A stretch of 61,242 bases of DNA from Patescibacteria group bacterium (GTDB taxonomy: Bacteria > Patescibacteriota > Minisyncoccia > UBA6257 > GWB1-50-10), in assembly GCA_030017555.1 (NCBI GenBank), contig JASEIC010000002.1, positions 1-61,242 on the forward strand, written 5' to 3'. The notes beneath the pieces are model-generated. The model saw nothing but the letters and a program-made list of their open reading frames with translations. It was not told the origin of the DNA and made no database searches. This document shows positions 17,293 through 27,609 of this stretch, piece after piece; within the stretch, counting starts at the first letter, position 1; each line of letters begins with the position of its first letter. A program made the position numbers and the translations under genes.

Positions 17293-19044
17293 ATGCAAAA
17301 TATTGAAAATATCAGACATTCGTTATCGCATCTTCTAGCAGCTGCGGTTTTGCAAAAATTCCCCAAAACTCAATTTGGAATCGGCCCAACTATTGAAAAT
17401 GGCTTTTATTATGATTTTTTATTACCCCAATCAGTAAAACCCGAGGATTTAAAAGAATTGGAAAAAACAATAAAAAATCTAATAAAGCGGGGCTTCCCGT
17501 TCTTAGGCAAAAATATTACCGTTACCGAAGCTAAAAAGATTTTTAAGAATCAGATATTTAAACTCGAACTTATCAAGGAATTATCAAAAGAAAATAAAAC
17601 AGTTTCCATTTACATAACTGGCAACCCGGAAAAACCAGTTTTTACAGATCTTTGCCGCGGCGGACATGTTAAAAATACAAAAGAAATTAATCCAGATGCA
17701 TTTACTTTAGAAAGTATTGCGGGCGCTTATTGGCGGGGCAGTGAAAAAAATAAAATGTTAACCCGTATTTACGGTTTAGCTTTTGAAACGAAAAAGGAAC
17801 TAGAAGCTTATTTAGCTTTAGTTGAGGAAGCGAAAAAACGCGACCACAGAAAAATGGGCAAACTCCTAGATTTTTTTACCTTTTCCGATTTAATCGGCAG
17901 CGGCTTGCCACTTTACACGCCAAAAGGCGCTTTTATCCGTAAAACTTTAAACGATTATATTGAATCACTCCAAATAAAAGCCGGTTACACCCAAGTTTGG
18001 ACTCCACAAATTGCTAAAGCCGAACTATTTAAAAAATCCGGCCATTATGATAAATACCGCGATGGAATGTTCCGCGTAATTTCAAATTATTCTGAAGAAG
18101 AATTTTATTTAAAACCGATGAACTGTCCTCAACATACTCAAATTTATGCCAGCCAGCCAAGAAGTTATCGTGATCTTCCTTTACGCTACACGGATTTTGC
18201 AATGCTCTATCGGGATGAGAAACCGGGAGAATTGAGCGGATTGGCGCGCGTACGCTCTTTCTCCCAAGATGATTGCCACATTTTCTGCAAAGAAGACCAA
18301 GTGGATAAGGAAATTGATGTGGCGCTAACAATGACAAAAGAAGTTATGGCAACGTTCGGGTTTAAATACCGCTACCGGCTTTCCTCGCGAGATAAAGCGC
18401 ACCCCGAAAAATACCTGGGTGATCCCAATAGGTGGGACAAGGTTGAAAAATGGGCCGAAGAAATAATGAAAAGGAACAAAATCGATTACTGCGACGGTCC
18501 GGGAGAAGCAACGTTCTACGCCCCTAAAATGGACCTTTTGGCCACCGATGCACTTGGTCGAGAATGGCAACTTTCTACCGTGCAGATCGACTTTGTAATG
18601 CCGCAACGTTTCGGGTTGACCTATACTGACAAAGATGGCCAGGAAAAACATCCTGTTATGATTCATCGCGCTATTATCGGATCTCCGGAACGATTCATTA
18701 TGGTTCTTTTGGAACATTATGCCGGTGCGCTTCCCGTGTGGATTTCACCGATACAGGCGAGAATACTCGCGGTAAGCGAAAAACAAAAACAATACGCGAA
18801 AAAAATAACAGAAAAACTAAAAGAACAAAATTTCCGTGTAGAACTCATGAACTCAAACGAAACTTTAGGCAAAAGAATTCGCGAAGCCGAACTTCAGAAA
18901 ATCCCCTACATTCTTGTTCTTGGCGAACGTGAAGAAAAGGATTATACAGTAAACGTTCGTGAACGAAGTAAAAAAGAAACTCAAACGATATCCATTCAAG
19001 ATTTCATTAAGAAATTAGAAAAAGAAGTTGAAGAAAAGAAATAA
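17293..19044 (+). CDS. thrS: threonyl-tRNA synthetase (no N-terminal TGS domain)
   Basis: It has the second-additional-domain HxxxH motif (RHSLSHLLA), class II core motifs and a C-terminal anticodon-binding domain. 583 aa. Confidence 0.92.
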   Translation: MQNIENIRHSLSHLLAAAVLQKFPKTQFGIGPTIENGFYYDFLLPQSVKPEDLKELEKTIKNLIKRGFPFLGKNITVTEAKKIFKNQIFKLELIKELSKENKTVSIYITGNPEKPVFTDLCRGGHVKNTKEINPDAFTLESIAGAYWRGSEKNKMLTRIYGLAFETKKELEAYLALVEEAKKRDHRKMGKLLDFFTFSDLIGSGLPLYTPKGAFIRKTLNDYIESLQIKAGYTQVWTPQIAKAELFKKSGHYDKYRDGMFRVISNYSEEEFYLKPMNCPQHTQIYASQPRSYRDLPLRYTDFAMLYRDEKPGELSGLARVRSFSQDDCHIFCKEDQVDKEIDVALTMTKEVMATFGFKYRYRLSSRDKAHPEKYLGDPNRWDKVEKWAEEIMKRNKIDYCDGPGEATFYAPKMDLLATDALGREWQLSTVQIDFVMPQRFGLTYTDKDGQEKHPVMIHRAIIGSPERFIMVLLEHYAGALPVWISPIQARILAVSEKQKQYAKKITEKLKEQNFRVELMNSNETLGKRIREAELQKIPYILVLGEREEKDYTVNVRERSKKETQTISIQDFIKKLEKEVEEKK

Positions 19045-19960
19045 AAAAATCCGTAAAAAGCCCATTGTTCCGTTGTCTCAAAAACTCATAGTAATTGTAG
19101 GACCCACCGCAAGTGGAAAAAGCGAATTTGCGGTTACGCTTGCGCAAAAATTTAACGGTGAGATAATCTCCGCCGACTCACGCCAGATTTACAAAGGAAT
19201 GAATATCGGCTCCGGGAAAATCACGCAGGCGGAAATGAAAGGTGTTCCCCACCGTCTTCTCGATATCGCTGATCCCAAACGAACGTTTACAGTCGCGCAC
19301 TTCCAAAAACACGCCCATAAAGCAATTGAGGATATTCTTAAACGCGGTAAACTCCCTGTTCTTTGCGGCGGTACTGGTTTTTATATTCAATCGCTTATTG
19401 ACGGCTTAGTCATCCCTGAAGTAAAACCAAAACCGAAATTAAGACGCGAACTTTTTAAAAAATCAACAGAAGAACTATTTAAAATAATCCAAGAAAAAGA
19501 CAAAGAAAGAGCAAAAAATATTGATGCTCACAATAAAGTCCGACTTGTAAGAGCGCTAGAAATCATTGATTCGCTCGGTAAAGTACCGAAAATTAAAACT
19601 AATCCCCTAAAAGCAGAAATTTTAATTATCGGAATTAAAAAAGAAAAAGAGATTCTTCAAAAACTTATAAAAATCCGGCTTTTAAAACGGATTAAAAAGG
19701 GATTGATAAAAGAAGTAATAAATCTTCACAACAAACAAAAAATCTCTTGGAAAAAACTTGAAAGTTTCGGACTTGAATACCGTTATGCCGCCTATTACTT
19801 ACAAAATAAAATATCTAAAAATGAAATGATTAAAAAACTATTAAAAGAAATCGGGCATTATGCAAAACGGCAGATGACCTGGTTTAAACGCGATAAAAGG
19901 ATAAATTGGATTAAAAATCAAAAAGAAGCTTTAGATTTAATAAACGAATTTATTAGCTGA
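19028..19960 (+). CDS. miaA: tRNA dimethylallyltransferase
   Basis: IVGPTASGKSEFAV..ISADSRQIYKGMNIGSGK matches the family. The start is uncertain: TTG at 19028 or TTG at 19073. Confidence 0.88.
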   Translation: MKKRNKKIRKKPIVPLSQKLIVIVGPTASGKSEFAVTLAQKFNGEIISADSRQIYKGMNIGSGKITQAEMKGVPHRLLDIADPKRTFTVAHFQKHAHKAIEDILKRGKLPVLCGGTGFYIQSLIDGLVIPEVKPKPKLRRELFKKSTEELFKIIQEKDKERAKNIDAHNKVRLVRALEIIDSLGKVPKIKTNPLKAEILIIGIKKEKEILQKLIKIRLLKRIKKGLIKEVINLHNKQKISWKKLESFGLEYRYAAYYLQNKISKNEMIKKLLKEIGHYAKRQMTWFKRDKRINWIKNQKEALDLINEFIS

Positions 19961-21392
19961 GTTTTTTTATAAAAATCTCTTTAAGCTTCTCCGGGCTGGC
20001 CCGACCTTTTGTTTGTCCTATAGCTCTGCCAATCAAAAACTGAAGCGAATTTGCTTTGCCTTTTTTATAATCCTCTACTGGTTTTGGATTTTGATTAATA
20101 ATTTCGGTCACAACGCTCTCAAGTTCATTTTCATTGTCAATTACTTTTATATCTCCTTGTTTCATAAGCGCTTCCGGATCTTCGCCGGTTTCGAACATTT
20201 TTTGAAGCAAATCTTTTGCCAAACGACTGGAAAGATCGCCTTTTTGAATGAAAAAAACAAGATGCGCAAAATGCTCTGGACTAATCCTAACCTCTTCAAT
20301 GCCAATAGCTTTGTTATTCATTAAACCTTTAAAATCGCTTAAAAAATAATTCAAAAGAAGTTGGTAATCAGCAGACAACTCCAATATTTTTAATTCGCTA
20401 GCCGCTTCTTTAAAAAATTCAGCCATTTTCCTGTCTTCAACTAAAACATCTACTTGATCCTTACTAAAACCGAATTCTTGCATCAAGCGATGTCTTTTTG
20501 CTTCCGGTAATTCTGGAATTTCATTTCTAATTTTTTCTAAATCCCATTTAGTAAAATCCATCATCGGCAAATCCGGCTCCGGAAAATAACGGTAATCATG
20601 AGCCGATTCTTTACTCCGCTGACTCTCCGTCGCTTGATCCACATCATTCCACCCGCGAGTTTCCTGAACAAGTTTTTTGCCTTCTTTCAAGGTTTCTTCT
20701 TGTCGTTTTAGTTCATAAGCAATAGCGCCGTAAACAGCTTTAAAGGAATTAATATTTTTTACTTCAATCTTTGTACCGAGTTCGTCTTTACTATCTTTTC
20801 TCACAGAAATATTTGCTTCTACTCTCATTTGCCCTTTTTCCATATTCACATCGGAAATTCTTAAATATCGGAGAACTAATTGTAAATCTTTTGCAAACCG
20901 AACTGCTCCTTCGACATTTTTAATTTCTGGTTCGGTTACAAGTTCCATAAGAGGCGTTCCGGCGCGATTAAAATCAACAAAAGTTGCTGACTCTGATTTT
21001 TTCGCGCCGCCCGGCAATTCATGAAGCAAACGACCAGCGTCTTCTTCAAGATGAATTCTTTTAATACGTACGCCATTGAGTATGCCGCCATCAACTATAG
21101 GATGTTCATATTGGGAAATCTGATATCCTTTTGGTAAATCTGGATAAAAATAACTTTTGCGATCAAAATATGATTTTTCCGCAATTTTACCCCCTAAAGC
21201 CATCCCTAATTTAATAACCGCTTCCACTGCCTCCTTGTTAATAACCGGCAAAACCCCAGGATGACCCAAACATATTGGACACACATTTTTATTAGGATTG
21301 TATTCTTCAAAATTATTCGGACACGAACAAAACATTTTAGTTCGTGTTTTCAGGGTGGAATGAATTTCTAAACCAATTGTTGGAATATACAT
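19953..21392 (-). CDS. gatB: Asp/Glu-tRNA amidotransferase subunit B
   Basis: The N-terminus is IGLEIHSTLKTRTKMFCSCPN and there is a C-terminal YqeY-like tail. 479 aa. Confidence 0.93.
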   Translation of the reverse strand: MYIPTIGLEIHSTLKTRTKMFCSCPNNFEEYNPNKNVCPICLGHPGVLPVINKEAVEAVIKLGMALGGKIAEKSYFDRKSYFYPDLPKGYQISQYEHPIVDGGILNGVRIKRIHLEEDAGRLLHELPGGAKKSESATFVDFNRAGTPLMELVTEPEIKNVEGAVRFAKDLQLVLRYLRISDVNMEKGQMRVEANISVRKDSKDELGTKIEVKNINSFKAVYGAIAYELKRQEETLKEGKKLVQETRGWNDVDQATESQRSKESAHDYRYFPEPDLPMMDFTKWDLEKIRNEIPELPEAKRHRLMQEFGFSKDQVDVLVEDRKMAEFFKEAASELKILELSADYQLLLNYFLSDFKGLMNNKAIGIEEVRISPEHFAHLVFFIQKGDLSSRLAKDLLQKMFETGEDPEALMKQGDIKVIDNENELESVVTEIINQNPKPVEDYKKGKANSLQFLIGRAIGQTKGRASPEKLKEIFIKKLS

Positions 21393-21529
21393 AACTTGAT
21401 AAAAAGTAGTATTGTTTTTATGATACTATGAGTTAAGATGTTTTGAAAGTTGAAAAACATTTTCACATAATTATTGATACAACCCACATAACCAAAGATG
21501 GGGTCTTTAAAAAATCCTGAAAGAAAAAA

Positions 21530-21561
21530 ACAAAAAACCCGATTATAATCGGGTTTTTTTC
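21530..21561. terminator. bidirectional hairpin terminator
   Basis: An A-run, then the cccga..tcggg stem, then a T-run. It lies downstream of 21638..21907 on the minus strand. Confidence 0.6.
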
Positions 21562-21637
21562 TTAAAATTTATATTTTATATTGTACGGTAAAATTCGTAA
21601 TTTATCTTACGCCCGAAATCAATAGCTGTTTGACGCC

Positions 21638-21907
21638 TTACTTACGATAAAAAAATGTTTCCCTGCCAATTACTGCGGAAAGGACCACTACTTCCGGACC
21701 AAACTTCTCATAAATAAACTTTCGACTAAGTTTATCGCCTTCTATAATTTTTTTGATCGTTATCCCGAAAACATTATTTTTAGTAGGCTCTATATTAAGC
21801 AACGTAGGAACGGTTTTTTGAACTAAAAAAACATGTAATTTTTTACACATTGTTGACTTACCAGATCCGCCAATACCTTCAAAAACAATAAATTTACCGG
21901 ATGTCAT
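21638..21907 (-). pseudogene. thymidylate-kinase-like P-loop fragment, about the N-terminal 40% only
   Basis: MTSGKFIVFEGIGGSGKST matches the dTMP kinase N-terminus, but the ORF stops after 89 aa and the downstream 80 nt are non-coding. Confidence 0.5.
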
Positions 21908-21936
21908 ATTATTCCTTTCTTTTAATATTCTCAAAT

Positions 21937-21970
21937 TAAAACAGCTGAAGCTATTATTCCAGCTGTTTTA
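21937..21970 (-). terminator. rho-independent terminator after rplK
   Basis: aaaacagctg..cagctgtttt hairpin followed by ttaatttg on the minus strand. Confidence 0.7.
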
Positions 21971-21992
21971 AACAAAGTCAAATCAGAAAATA

Positions 21993-22415
21993 TTAATCTT
22001 TTATTTCAATTCCCATATTTTTTGCTGTACCGGCAATGATTTTTTCAGCAGCTTCAATATCCGATGCATTCAAATCTACCATTTTCTTTTCAGCAATTTT
22101 CCTCAAATCCGCTTTGGATACCTTACCCACTTTAATTTTATGAGATTCTGCTGAACCCTTCTCAATGCCAGCCGCTTTTTTAAGAAGCGCTGAAGCGGGA
22201 GGTGTTTTTAACTTAAAAGTAAAGCTTCTATCTTCATAAATAGTAATTTCTGCTGGAATAATATCACCTGCCATATCCTTTGTTGCTTCATTAAATTGCT
22301 GACAAAATTGCTGGATATTTACACCGTGCTGACCCAAAGCCGGACCAATTGGCGGCGCGGGATTTGCTTGTCCGGCAACAATTTGTAATTTTAAAACAGT
22401 TTTAATTGGTTTCAT
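21993..22415 (-). CDS. rplK: 50S ribosomal protein L11
   Basis: [21 protein letters not shown] is the L11 signature. Confidence 0.95.
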   Translation of the reverse strand: MKPIKTVLKLQIVAGQANPAPPIGPALGQHGVNIQQFCQQFNEATKDMAGDIIPAEITIYEDRSFTFKLKTPPASALLKKAAGIEKGSAESHKIKVGKVSKADLRKIAEKKMVDLNASDIEAAEKIIAGTAKNMGIEIKD

Positions 22416-22421
22416 AAATTT

Positions 22422-22982
22422 TTATATTTTTTGAACCTGCAACGAATCGAGCTCTAATAACGTATCTCGACCAAAGATCGGAACCAAAACCTTAACCTTG
22501 CCGTGTTCTTCGTCAACTTCAGCCACTTTTCCTTCTTGATCTTTGAATGGTCCGTCAGTAATTTTTACAACCTCATCGGGCCTTAAATCAACGCGGAATT
22601 TTACCTCACGATCGCCCATTCGAGAAAGTAAATTATCAACCTCTTCTTTTGAAAGTGGGGTTGGCGTAGTTGAATCTGATCCAACAAAACCAGTAACTCG
22701 CGGCGTGTTTCTTACCACCGCCCAAGAATCATGATCTAAAATCATATCAACCAAAACATAACCCGGATAAATTTTTTCCTCTATAGTATACCGCCGGCCA
22801 CCCTTAACTTTAATTTTCACTTCTTTCGGCACAACAACATTAAAAATCTTATCGCTCATCATTAATGATTCAACGCGTTGTTTTAAATACCTAGCCACCG
22901 CGTCTTCATAACCCGAATAAGTGTGAATAGCGTACCAATGACGTTTTGATATATTTTCTTTTTTTTCTTCTTTGGTATTCAT
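22422..22982 (-). CDS. nusG: transcription termination/antitermination factor NusG
   Basis: It has an NGN domain (WYAIHTYSGYE) and a KOW motif (VKITDGPFKDQEGKV). Confidence 0.92.
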   Translation of the reverse strand: MNTKEEKKENISKRHWYAIHTYSGYEDAVARYLKQRVESLMMSDKIFNVVVPKEVKIKVKGGRRYTIEEKIYPGYVLVDMILDHDSWAVVRNTPRVTGFVGSDSTTPTPLSKEEVDNLLSRMGDREVKFRVDLRPDEVVKITDGPFKDQEGKVAEVDEEHGKVKVLVPIFGRDTLLELDSLQVQKI

Positions 22983-22988
22983 TTCAAA

Positions 22989-23171
22989 TTAAAATGCATT
23001 TTTCAAAATTTCTAAGAAAAATAAATCTAAAATACCAAGAAAAATGGATAAGCTTAAAGAAAGCATAATTACGAAAAACGTATACCGCCGAGTTTGATGA
23101 AGGGTTGGCCAGTTAACTCTTTTTATTTCCTGTCGTGATTCAATTAAAAATAATTTGATTTTTTGAAACAT
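22989..23171 (-). CDS. secE: preprotein translocase subunit SecE
   Basis: 60 aa with a single TM helix. KRVNWPT is typical, and the secE-nusG-rplK order is conserved. Confidence 0.8.
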   Translation of the reverse strand: MFQKIKLFLIESRQEIKRVNWPTLHQTRRYTFFVIMLSLSLSIFLGILDLFFLEILKNAF

Positions 23172-23234
23172 ATTTTATATCTAATAATCAAGCTTATCGC
23201 GATTTTATCTTAAATTACAAATCTAGTCAAATGT

Positions 23235-25214
23235 CTAAATATCAAGATTTTTCACAGCGACGGCGTGAGCCTGAATGAAGTTTTTTCGAGGTTCAACTTC
23301 TTCACCCATTAAAACATTAAAAAGTTGATCGGCCTGAACCACGTCTTCTACTGTAACCTGTTTTAATGTTCTAATCGACGGATTCATAGTAGTCTCCCAA
23401 AGCTGTGTTGGATTCATTTCACCTAAACCCTTATAGCGCTGAACATTTACTCCATCGCTCCCAAGTACTTTTATTATCTTCTCTTTAGCGGCATCATCAT
23501 AAGCATATTTTACTTCTTTGCCTTTTTGAAGCCTAAAAAGCGGCGGTTGGGCAATATAAAGAAAACCACCGTCAATAATTTTCGGAAAATAACGATAAAA
23601 AAGCGTTAAAAGCAAAGTTCTAATATGAGCGCCATCGACATCAGCATCGGTCATCAAAACTATCTTATGATAACGGAGCTTTTCAATATCAAAATTATCA
23701 GCAATAGCAGTACCTAAAGCCACAACAAGAGATCTAATCTCCTTATTTAAAAGCATTTTATCGATGCGCGCCTTCTCAACGTTTAAAATCTTGCCTTTAA
23801 GCGGCAAAATTGCCTGAAAACGCCTATCACGTCCTTGCTTTGCCGAGCCACCGGCTGAATCGCCCTCAACAACAAAAAGCTCTGATTCTTCAGCCCGTCG
23901 TGAACTACAGTCCGCCAGTTTTCCCGGCAGGGTAAACCCTTCAAAAGCGCCTTTTCTCAAAACTGTATCCTTGGCTGCTTTAGCGGCTTTTCGCGCTTTG
24001 GCTGCCAATAAATTCTTTTCAAGAATTTTCCTCGTATCAGCGCTATAACGTTCTAAAAATTCTTTTAAGGCTTCGCTTACTAATGATTCTACTGCTGTTC
24101 GCGCTTCAGGATTACCGAGCCTGGCTTTAGTTTGCCCCTCAAATTGAGGTTCTTTGATTTTTATTGAGATCGCGGTAATCAAACCCTCTCTTACGTCATC
24201 ACCTATTAAATTCTCGTCAGATTCTTTTAAATAACCCTCTTTACGAGCAAAATCATTTAACGTTCTCGTAATGGCGGTTCTAAAACCAGTTAAATGCATT
24301 CCACCGTCAGGCGTATAAATATTATTTGCAAAACTCAATTCCTCATTCTCCTGATCGGCAATATAAACAAATGTTGCCTCAACATCAACATTTTCCGCTT
24401 GACGATGAACGTAAAAAACATTGTCGTGAATTATTTCTCGATTACCAACAACATATTTAATAAAAGCTTTGAGTCCGCCGTCAAAATAAAAACCATAACA
24501 AAAAACATTGCCATCTCTCTCATCAACCACCTCAATTCTTACCCCTTTTGTTAAATAAGCCTGTTGACGCAAATGATCTAAAATTCTCTTTTTATCGAAT
24601 TCAATTTTAGAAAAAATTTGCGGATCAGGCTGAAAAATAATTTTGGTTCCGGTTTTGTCGGACTTTCCTATTTTCTTTACTTTGTACTGCGGTTCTCCGC
24701 GCTTATATTCCTGTACATAAATTCCGCCGTCTTTATTGACTTCTGCTTTCATCCAAATAGAAAGGGCATTTACAACTGAAACGCCAACACCATGCAGTCC
24801 GCCGGAAACCTTATATGATTCACCGCCGAATTTCCCGCCAGCATGCAAAGTGCAAAGCGCTGTTTCCAAAGCTGATTTTTTTGTTTGCGAATGAATATCA
24901 ACCGGAATGCCACGACCATCGTCAGTAACCGCCACTTTATTATTCGGCAAAAGTTCGATTTTTATATTCTTGGCAAAACCCGCCATAGCTTCATCCAAAC
25001 TGTTATCCACGACTTCCCAAACCAAATGATGCAAACCGTCAACACCGGTTGAACCAATATACATACCCGGCCTTTTACGAACCGGTTCCAATCCTTCTAA
25101 AACATAAATATCCTTGGCGCTATAAGAAACCGAAGCTTTATTGTTATCAAAATTTTCCTCTGAAACGACGGCTTTTTTCTCGTTTTTTTGCGGTTTTTTA
25201 TTTTTTTCTGTCAT
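23235..25214 (-). CDS. gyrB: DNA gyrase subunit B
   Basis: It has a GHKL ATPase domain ([29 protein letters not shown]), a TOPRIM domain ([11 protein letters not shown]) and a C-terminal QRYKGLGEM motif. Confidence 0.95.
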   Translation of the reverse strand: MTEKNKKPQKNEKKAVVSEENFDNNKASVSYSAKDIYVLEGLEPVRKRPGMYIGSTGVDGLHHLVWEVVDNSLDEAMAGFAKNIKIELLPNNKVAVTDDGRGIPVDIHSQTKKSALETALCTLHAGGKFGGESYKVSGGLHGVGVSVVNALSIWMKAEVNKDGGIYVQEYKRGEPQYKVKKIGKSDKTGTKIIFQPDPQIFSKIEFDKKRILDHLRQQAYLTKGVRIEVVDERDGNVFCYGFYFDGGLKAFIKYVVGNREIIHDNVFYVHRQAENVDVEATFVYIADQENEELSFANNIYTPDGGMHLTGFRTAITRTLNDFARKEGYLKESDENLIGDDVREGLITAISIKIKEPQFEGQTKARLGNPEARTAVESLVSEALKEFLERYSADTRKILEKNLLAAKARKAAKAAKDTVLRKGAFEGFTLPGKLADCSSRRAEESELFVVEGDSAGGSAKQGRDRRFQAILPLKGKILNVEKARIDKMLLNKEIRSLVVALGTAIADNFDIEKLRYHKIVLMTDADVDGAHIRTLLLTLFYRYFPKIIDGGFLYIAQPPLFRLQKGKEVKYAYDDAAKEKIIKVLGSDGVNVQRYKGLGEMNPTQLWETTMNPSIRTLKQVTVEDVVQADQLFNVLMGEEVEPRKNFIQAHAVAVKNLDI

Positions 25215-25215
25215 A

Positions 25216-25352
25216 CCAGAGTACTACAACTGCGATGCAGCTTTACAGCTGTTAATTATCGCAAATTGTTAAATCTAATTAGTTTTTCGACATAAAACAC
25301 GACCCAATAAAACAACTTCTTAATTAGTCGCAGTTGTAGTACTGGGATTATA
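25216..25352 (-). promoter_or_regulatory. gyrB leader: TATAAT box plus a roughly 130-nt leader closed by an 18-20-nt inverted repeat
   Basis: The arms 25216-25235 (ccagagtactacaactgcga) and 25328-25345 (tcgcagttgtagtactgg) are complementary. Minus-strand TATAAT is at 25352-25347. The proximal arm ends 1 nt from the gyrB ATG. Confidence 0.45.
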
Positions 25353-25492
25353 GATTAAAAATAGCCTTTTCACGGACACTATAATAATAGCAAATTTTGT
25401 AGGAAAAAACAAGAAAAATAACACTTTTTAATTGACAAAAAATAATTAAAGATTTCTGAATATTAATAAAAATACATGATTTTAACTTACAA

Positions 25493-25519
25493 AAATACCC
25501 GATAAAAATCAGGTGTTTT
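25493..25519 (-). terminator. probable terminator after the dedA-like gene
   Basis: acctgat-tttt-atcgggt followed by atttttg on the minus strand. Confidence 0.45.
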
Positions 25520-25536
25520 TATAAAATTTATATTTA

Positions 25537-26181
25537 CTAAAACGCCTTATTTTTGCTTTTTTTTAAAAGAAAATAAGCCAAAGAAATTAAAACCCCAACA
25601 CTGAATAAAAGCGCAATAAAATTACCGATACTCGAAATACGTTCCGCGTAAACAATATATGCTTCCCCCAATGACCAACCAATAAGACTCATTACCAATG
25701 CTCTTACAAAACAACCAAAAAAAGTTGGCAGGATAAAACTTTTTATTGGATAGCGAATAGCGCCGCAAGTAAGCGAAACAAGAACATTCGGCACAAACGG
25801 CAACGCTCTTAAACCAAAAATTAACCATTCGTCGGTAGGACTGGCAGAAAGTTTTTTTTCAAATTGCTCAACTTTTTGCCAAGAAATATTAAACCATCTA
25901 CCGATTTTTTGCACTAACGGTTTACCGCCAAGATAAGCAAAAGAATAAACAAACATTGAACCAATAGTAAGACCGAGAGTGGCGGGTATAAGTATTTTAA
26001 ATAGGGCAATAAAAAAATCTGTTCCGGTTGATGATGGCAACAAAAAGAAACCAGCAGCCATAAACGCTAAAGATGACGGTATTGGCGCAATCACTTCTTC
26101 AAGAATTGAAAGAACAAAAACCGCGCCGACTCCGTACTGTTCTATGAGAGGCGCTAATTTTAATATAATTGCTTGGATCAT
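25537..26181 (-). CDS. DedA/VTT-family membrane protein
   Basis: 214 aa and multi-pass. The N-terminus ..IEQYGVGAVFVLSILEEVIAPIPS.. is typical of the DedA/SNARE-associated family. Confidence 0.7.
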   Translation of the reverse strand: MIQAIILKLAPLIEQYGVGAVFVLSILEEVIAPIPSSLAFMAAGFFLLPSSTGTDFFIALFKILIPATLGLTIGSMFVYSFAYLGGKPLVQKIGRWFNISWQKVEQFEKKLSASPTDEWLIFGLRALPFVPNVLVSLTCGAIRYPIKSFILPTFFGCFVRALVMSLIGWSLGEAYIVYAERISSIGNFIALLFSVGVLISLAYFLLKKSKNKAF

Positions 26182-26213
26182 GACTTGAATCTATAATATC
26201 ACATCATATAATG

Positions 26214-26286
26214 CAGCCCCAAGGAGAATTGAACTCCTGTTTCATGGATGAGAACCATGTGTCCTGGGCCACTAGACGATGGGGCC
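26214..26286 (-). tRNA. tRNA-Glu (CUC)
   Basis: The hand-folded sequence GGCCCCATCGTCTAGTGGCCCAGGACACATGGTTCTCATCCATG..GGAGTTCAATTCTCC..TGGGGCTG closely parallels bacterial tRNA-Glu. The anticodon loop is TTCTCAT. CCA is not encoded. Confidence 0.88.
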
Positions 26287-26291
26287 ATATT

Positions 26292-27599
26292 TCATTCGTA
26301 AAGACCGGATTTCCCGAGCCACTCTTTATTTTGACGCACTAAAAGCTTTTCCGCGTCTTGAGGTTCTGACATTACTTCTTTTACCGCTTTTTCCAATCTT
26401 ACTCCCTGTGAACCTTTTATTAAAATAACATCGCCGCGCTCCATTTTACTCTGTAAAAATAAACCCGCGTCCCGCACGCTCATAAAAACAGAAATTGATT
26501 TTTTAGGAAAACCCGCCCTAATCGCTGCTTCAGAAATAAACTTCCCGCGAATACCTATAACAATCAAAAAATCAACGGTTTTTGCCGCTAACCTTCCAAT
26601 TTCTTCATGGGCTTGAAGAGTGTACCTACCTATCTCAAGCATATCCCCCAAAACAGCAATTTTTCGCCTTGCTTTTATATTCCGAAGCATCTCCAAAGCT
26701 TCTTCCATAGCGATAGGCGATGCATTATAAGTATCATCAATAATGATACTCTCTTTAATACCTGGAATAAGTTTTAAGCGGCCAGACGGCGATTCATAAC
26801 GTTTTAAAGCTTCCGCAATTTTAACCAAATTCATGCCAAAAATCAAACCGATTGACGCGGCTACGGCTGCTGAATAAGCTTGAACCCTACTTAACGCGCC
26901 GTTCAAATAAACAGGCACAAAACTTCCGCCGTAAGTTAATTTAAAAGCCACGCCACCCGTACCATCTTCAAAGTGATTTGCGAAATTACTTATCCGCATA
27001 TCAGCTTCGCCGGAAAAACCAAAAGTAATAACATGAGAACGCGTCTGTTCCCTCAAATTAGAGATGATCGGATCATCGTTATTTAATATTGAAAAACCAG
27101 TTGCGGGCAATTGACTTATAAGCTTAGATTTCTCTCGAACGATTCCTTCGGGGCCATTGAAAAATTCAACATGAACAGGAATATCACCCATTGCCGTAAA
27201 AACTCCAATGTGCGGTCGGGCAATACTTAAGAGATAACTCATATCGCCTGGTCGATCAACGCCGTACTCCAAAATAAGAATTTCCGGATAATCTGGATTT
27301 TTAATAATAAGCCGTGTAATTGAACTTAAAATAACTTTAAACCAAAAGAATATTCCGCCAGTTGAACGCCAATCACCCAAAATATTCAAAGGCAACCCCA
27401 ACTCATTATTAAAACTTTTAGATGATGAACGAACACGCTTAAAACCTAAAAGCACGGCTTGCGTCGCTTCTTTGGCTGAAGTCTTGCCGACATTACCGGT
27501 AATGCCGACTATTTGCGGACGATAGCGACGAATTGTAAATTTCGCAAGGATTTTTAAAACTATTCTTAATATTTTGAGAAAAAAAGCTTTCATAATCAT
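26292..27599 (-). CDS. murF: UDP-MurNAc-tripeptide--D-Ala-D-Ala ligase
   Basis: Mur ligase P-loop GITGNVGKTSAKE, in the dcw cluster position. 435 aa. Confidence 0.88.
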   Translation of the reverse strand: MIMKAFFLKILRIVLKILAKFTIRRYRPQIVGITGNVGKTSAKEATQAVLLGFKRVRSSSKSFNNELGLPLNILGDWRSTGGIFFWFKVILSSITRLIIKNPDYPEILILEYGVDRPGDMSYLLSIARPHIGVFTAMGDIPVHVEFFNGPEGIVREKSKLISQLPATGFSILNNDDPIISNLREQTRSHVITFGFSGEADMRISNFANHFEDGTGGVAFKLTYGGSFVPVYLNGALSRVQAYSAAVAASIGLIFGMNLVKIAEALKRYESPSGRLKLIPGIKESIIIDDTYNASPIAMEEALEMLRNIKARRKIAVLGDMLEIGRYTLQAHEEIGRLAAKTVDFLIVIGIRGKFISEAAIRAGFPKKSISVFMSVRDAGLFLQSKMERGDVILIKGSQGVRLEKAVKEVMSEPQDAEKLLVRQNKEWLGKSGLYE

Positions 27600-27609
27600 C
27601 TAAAATAGA

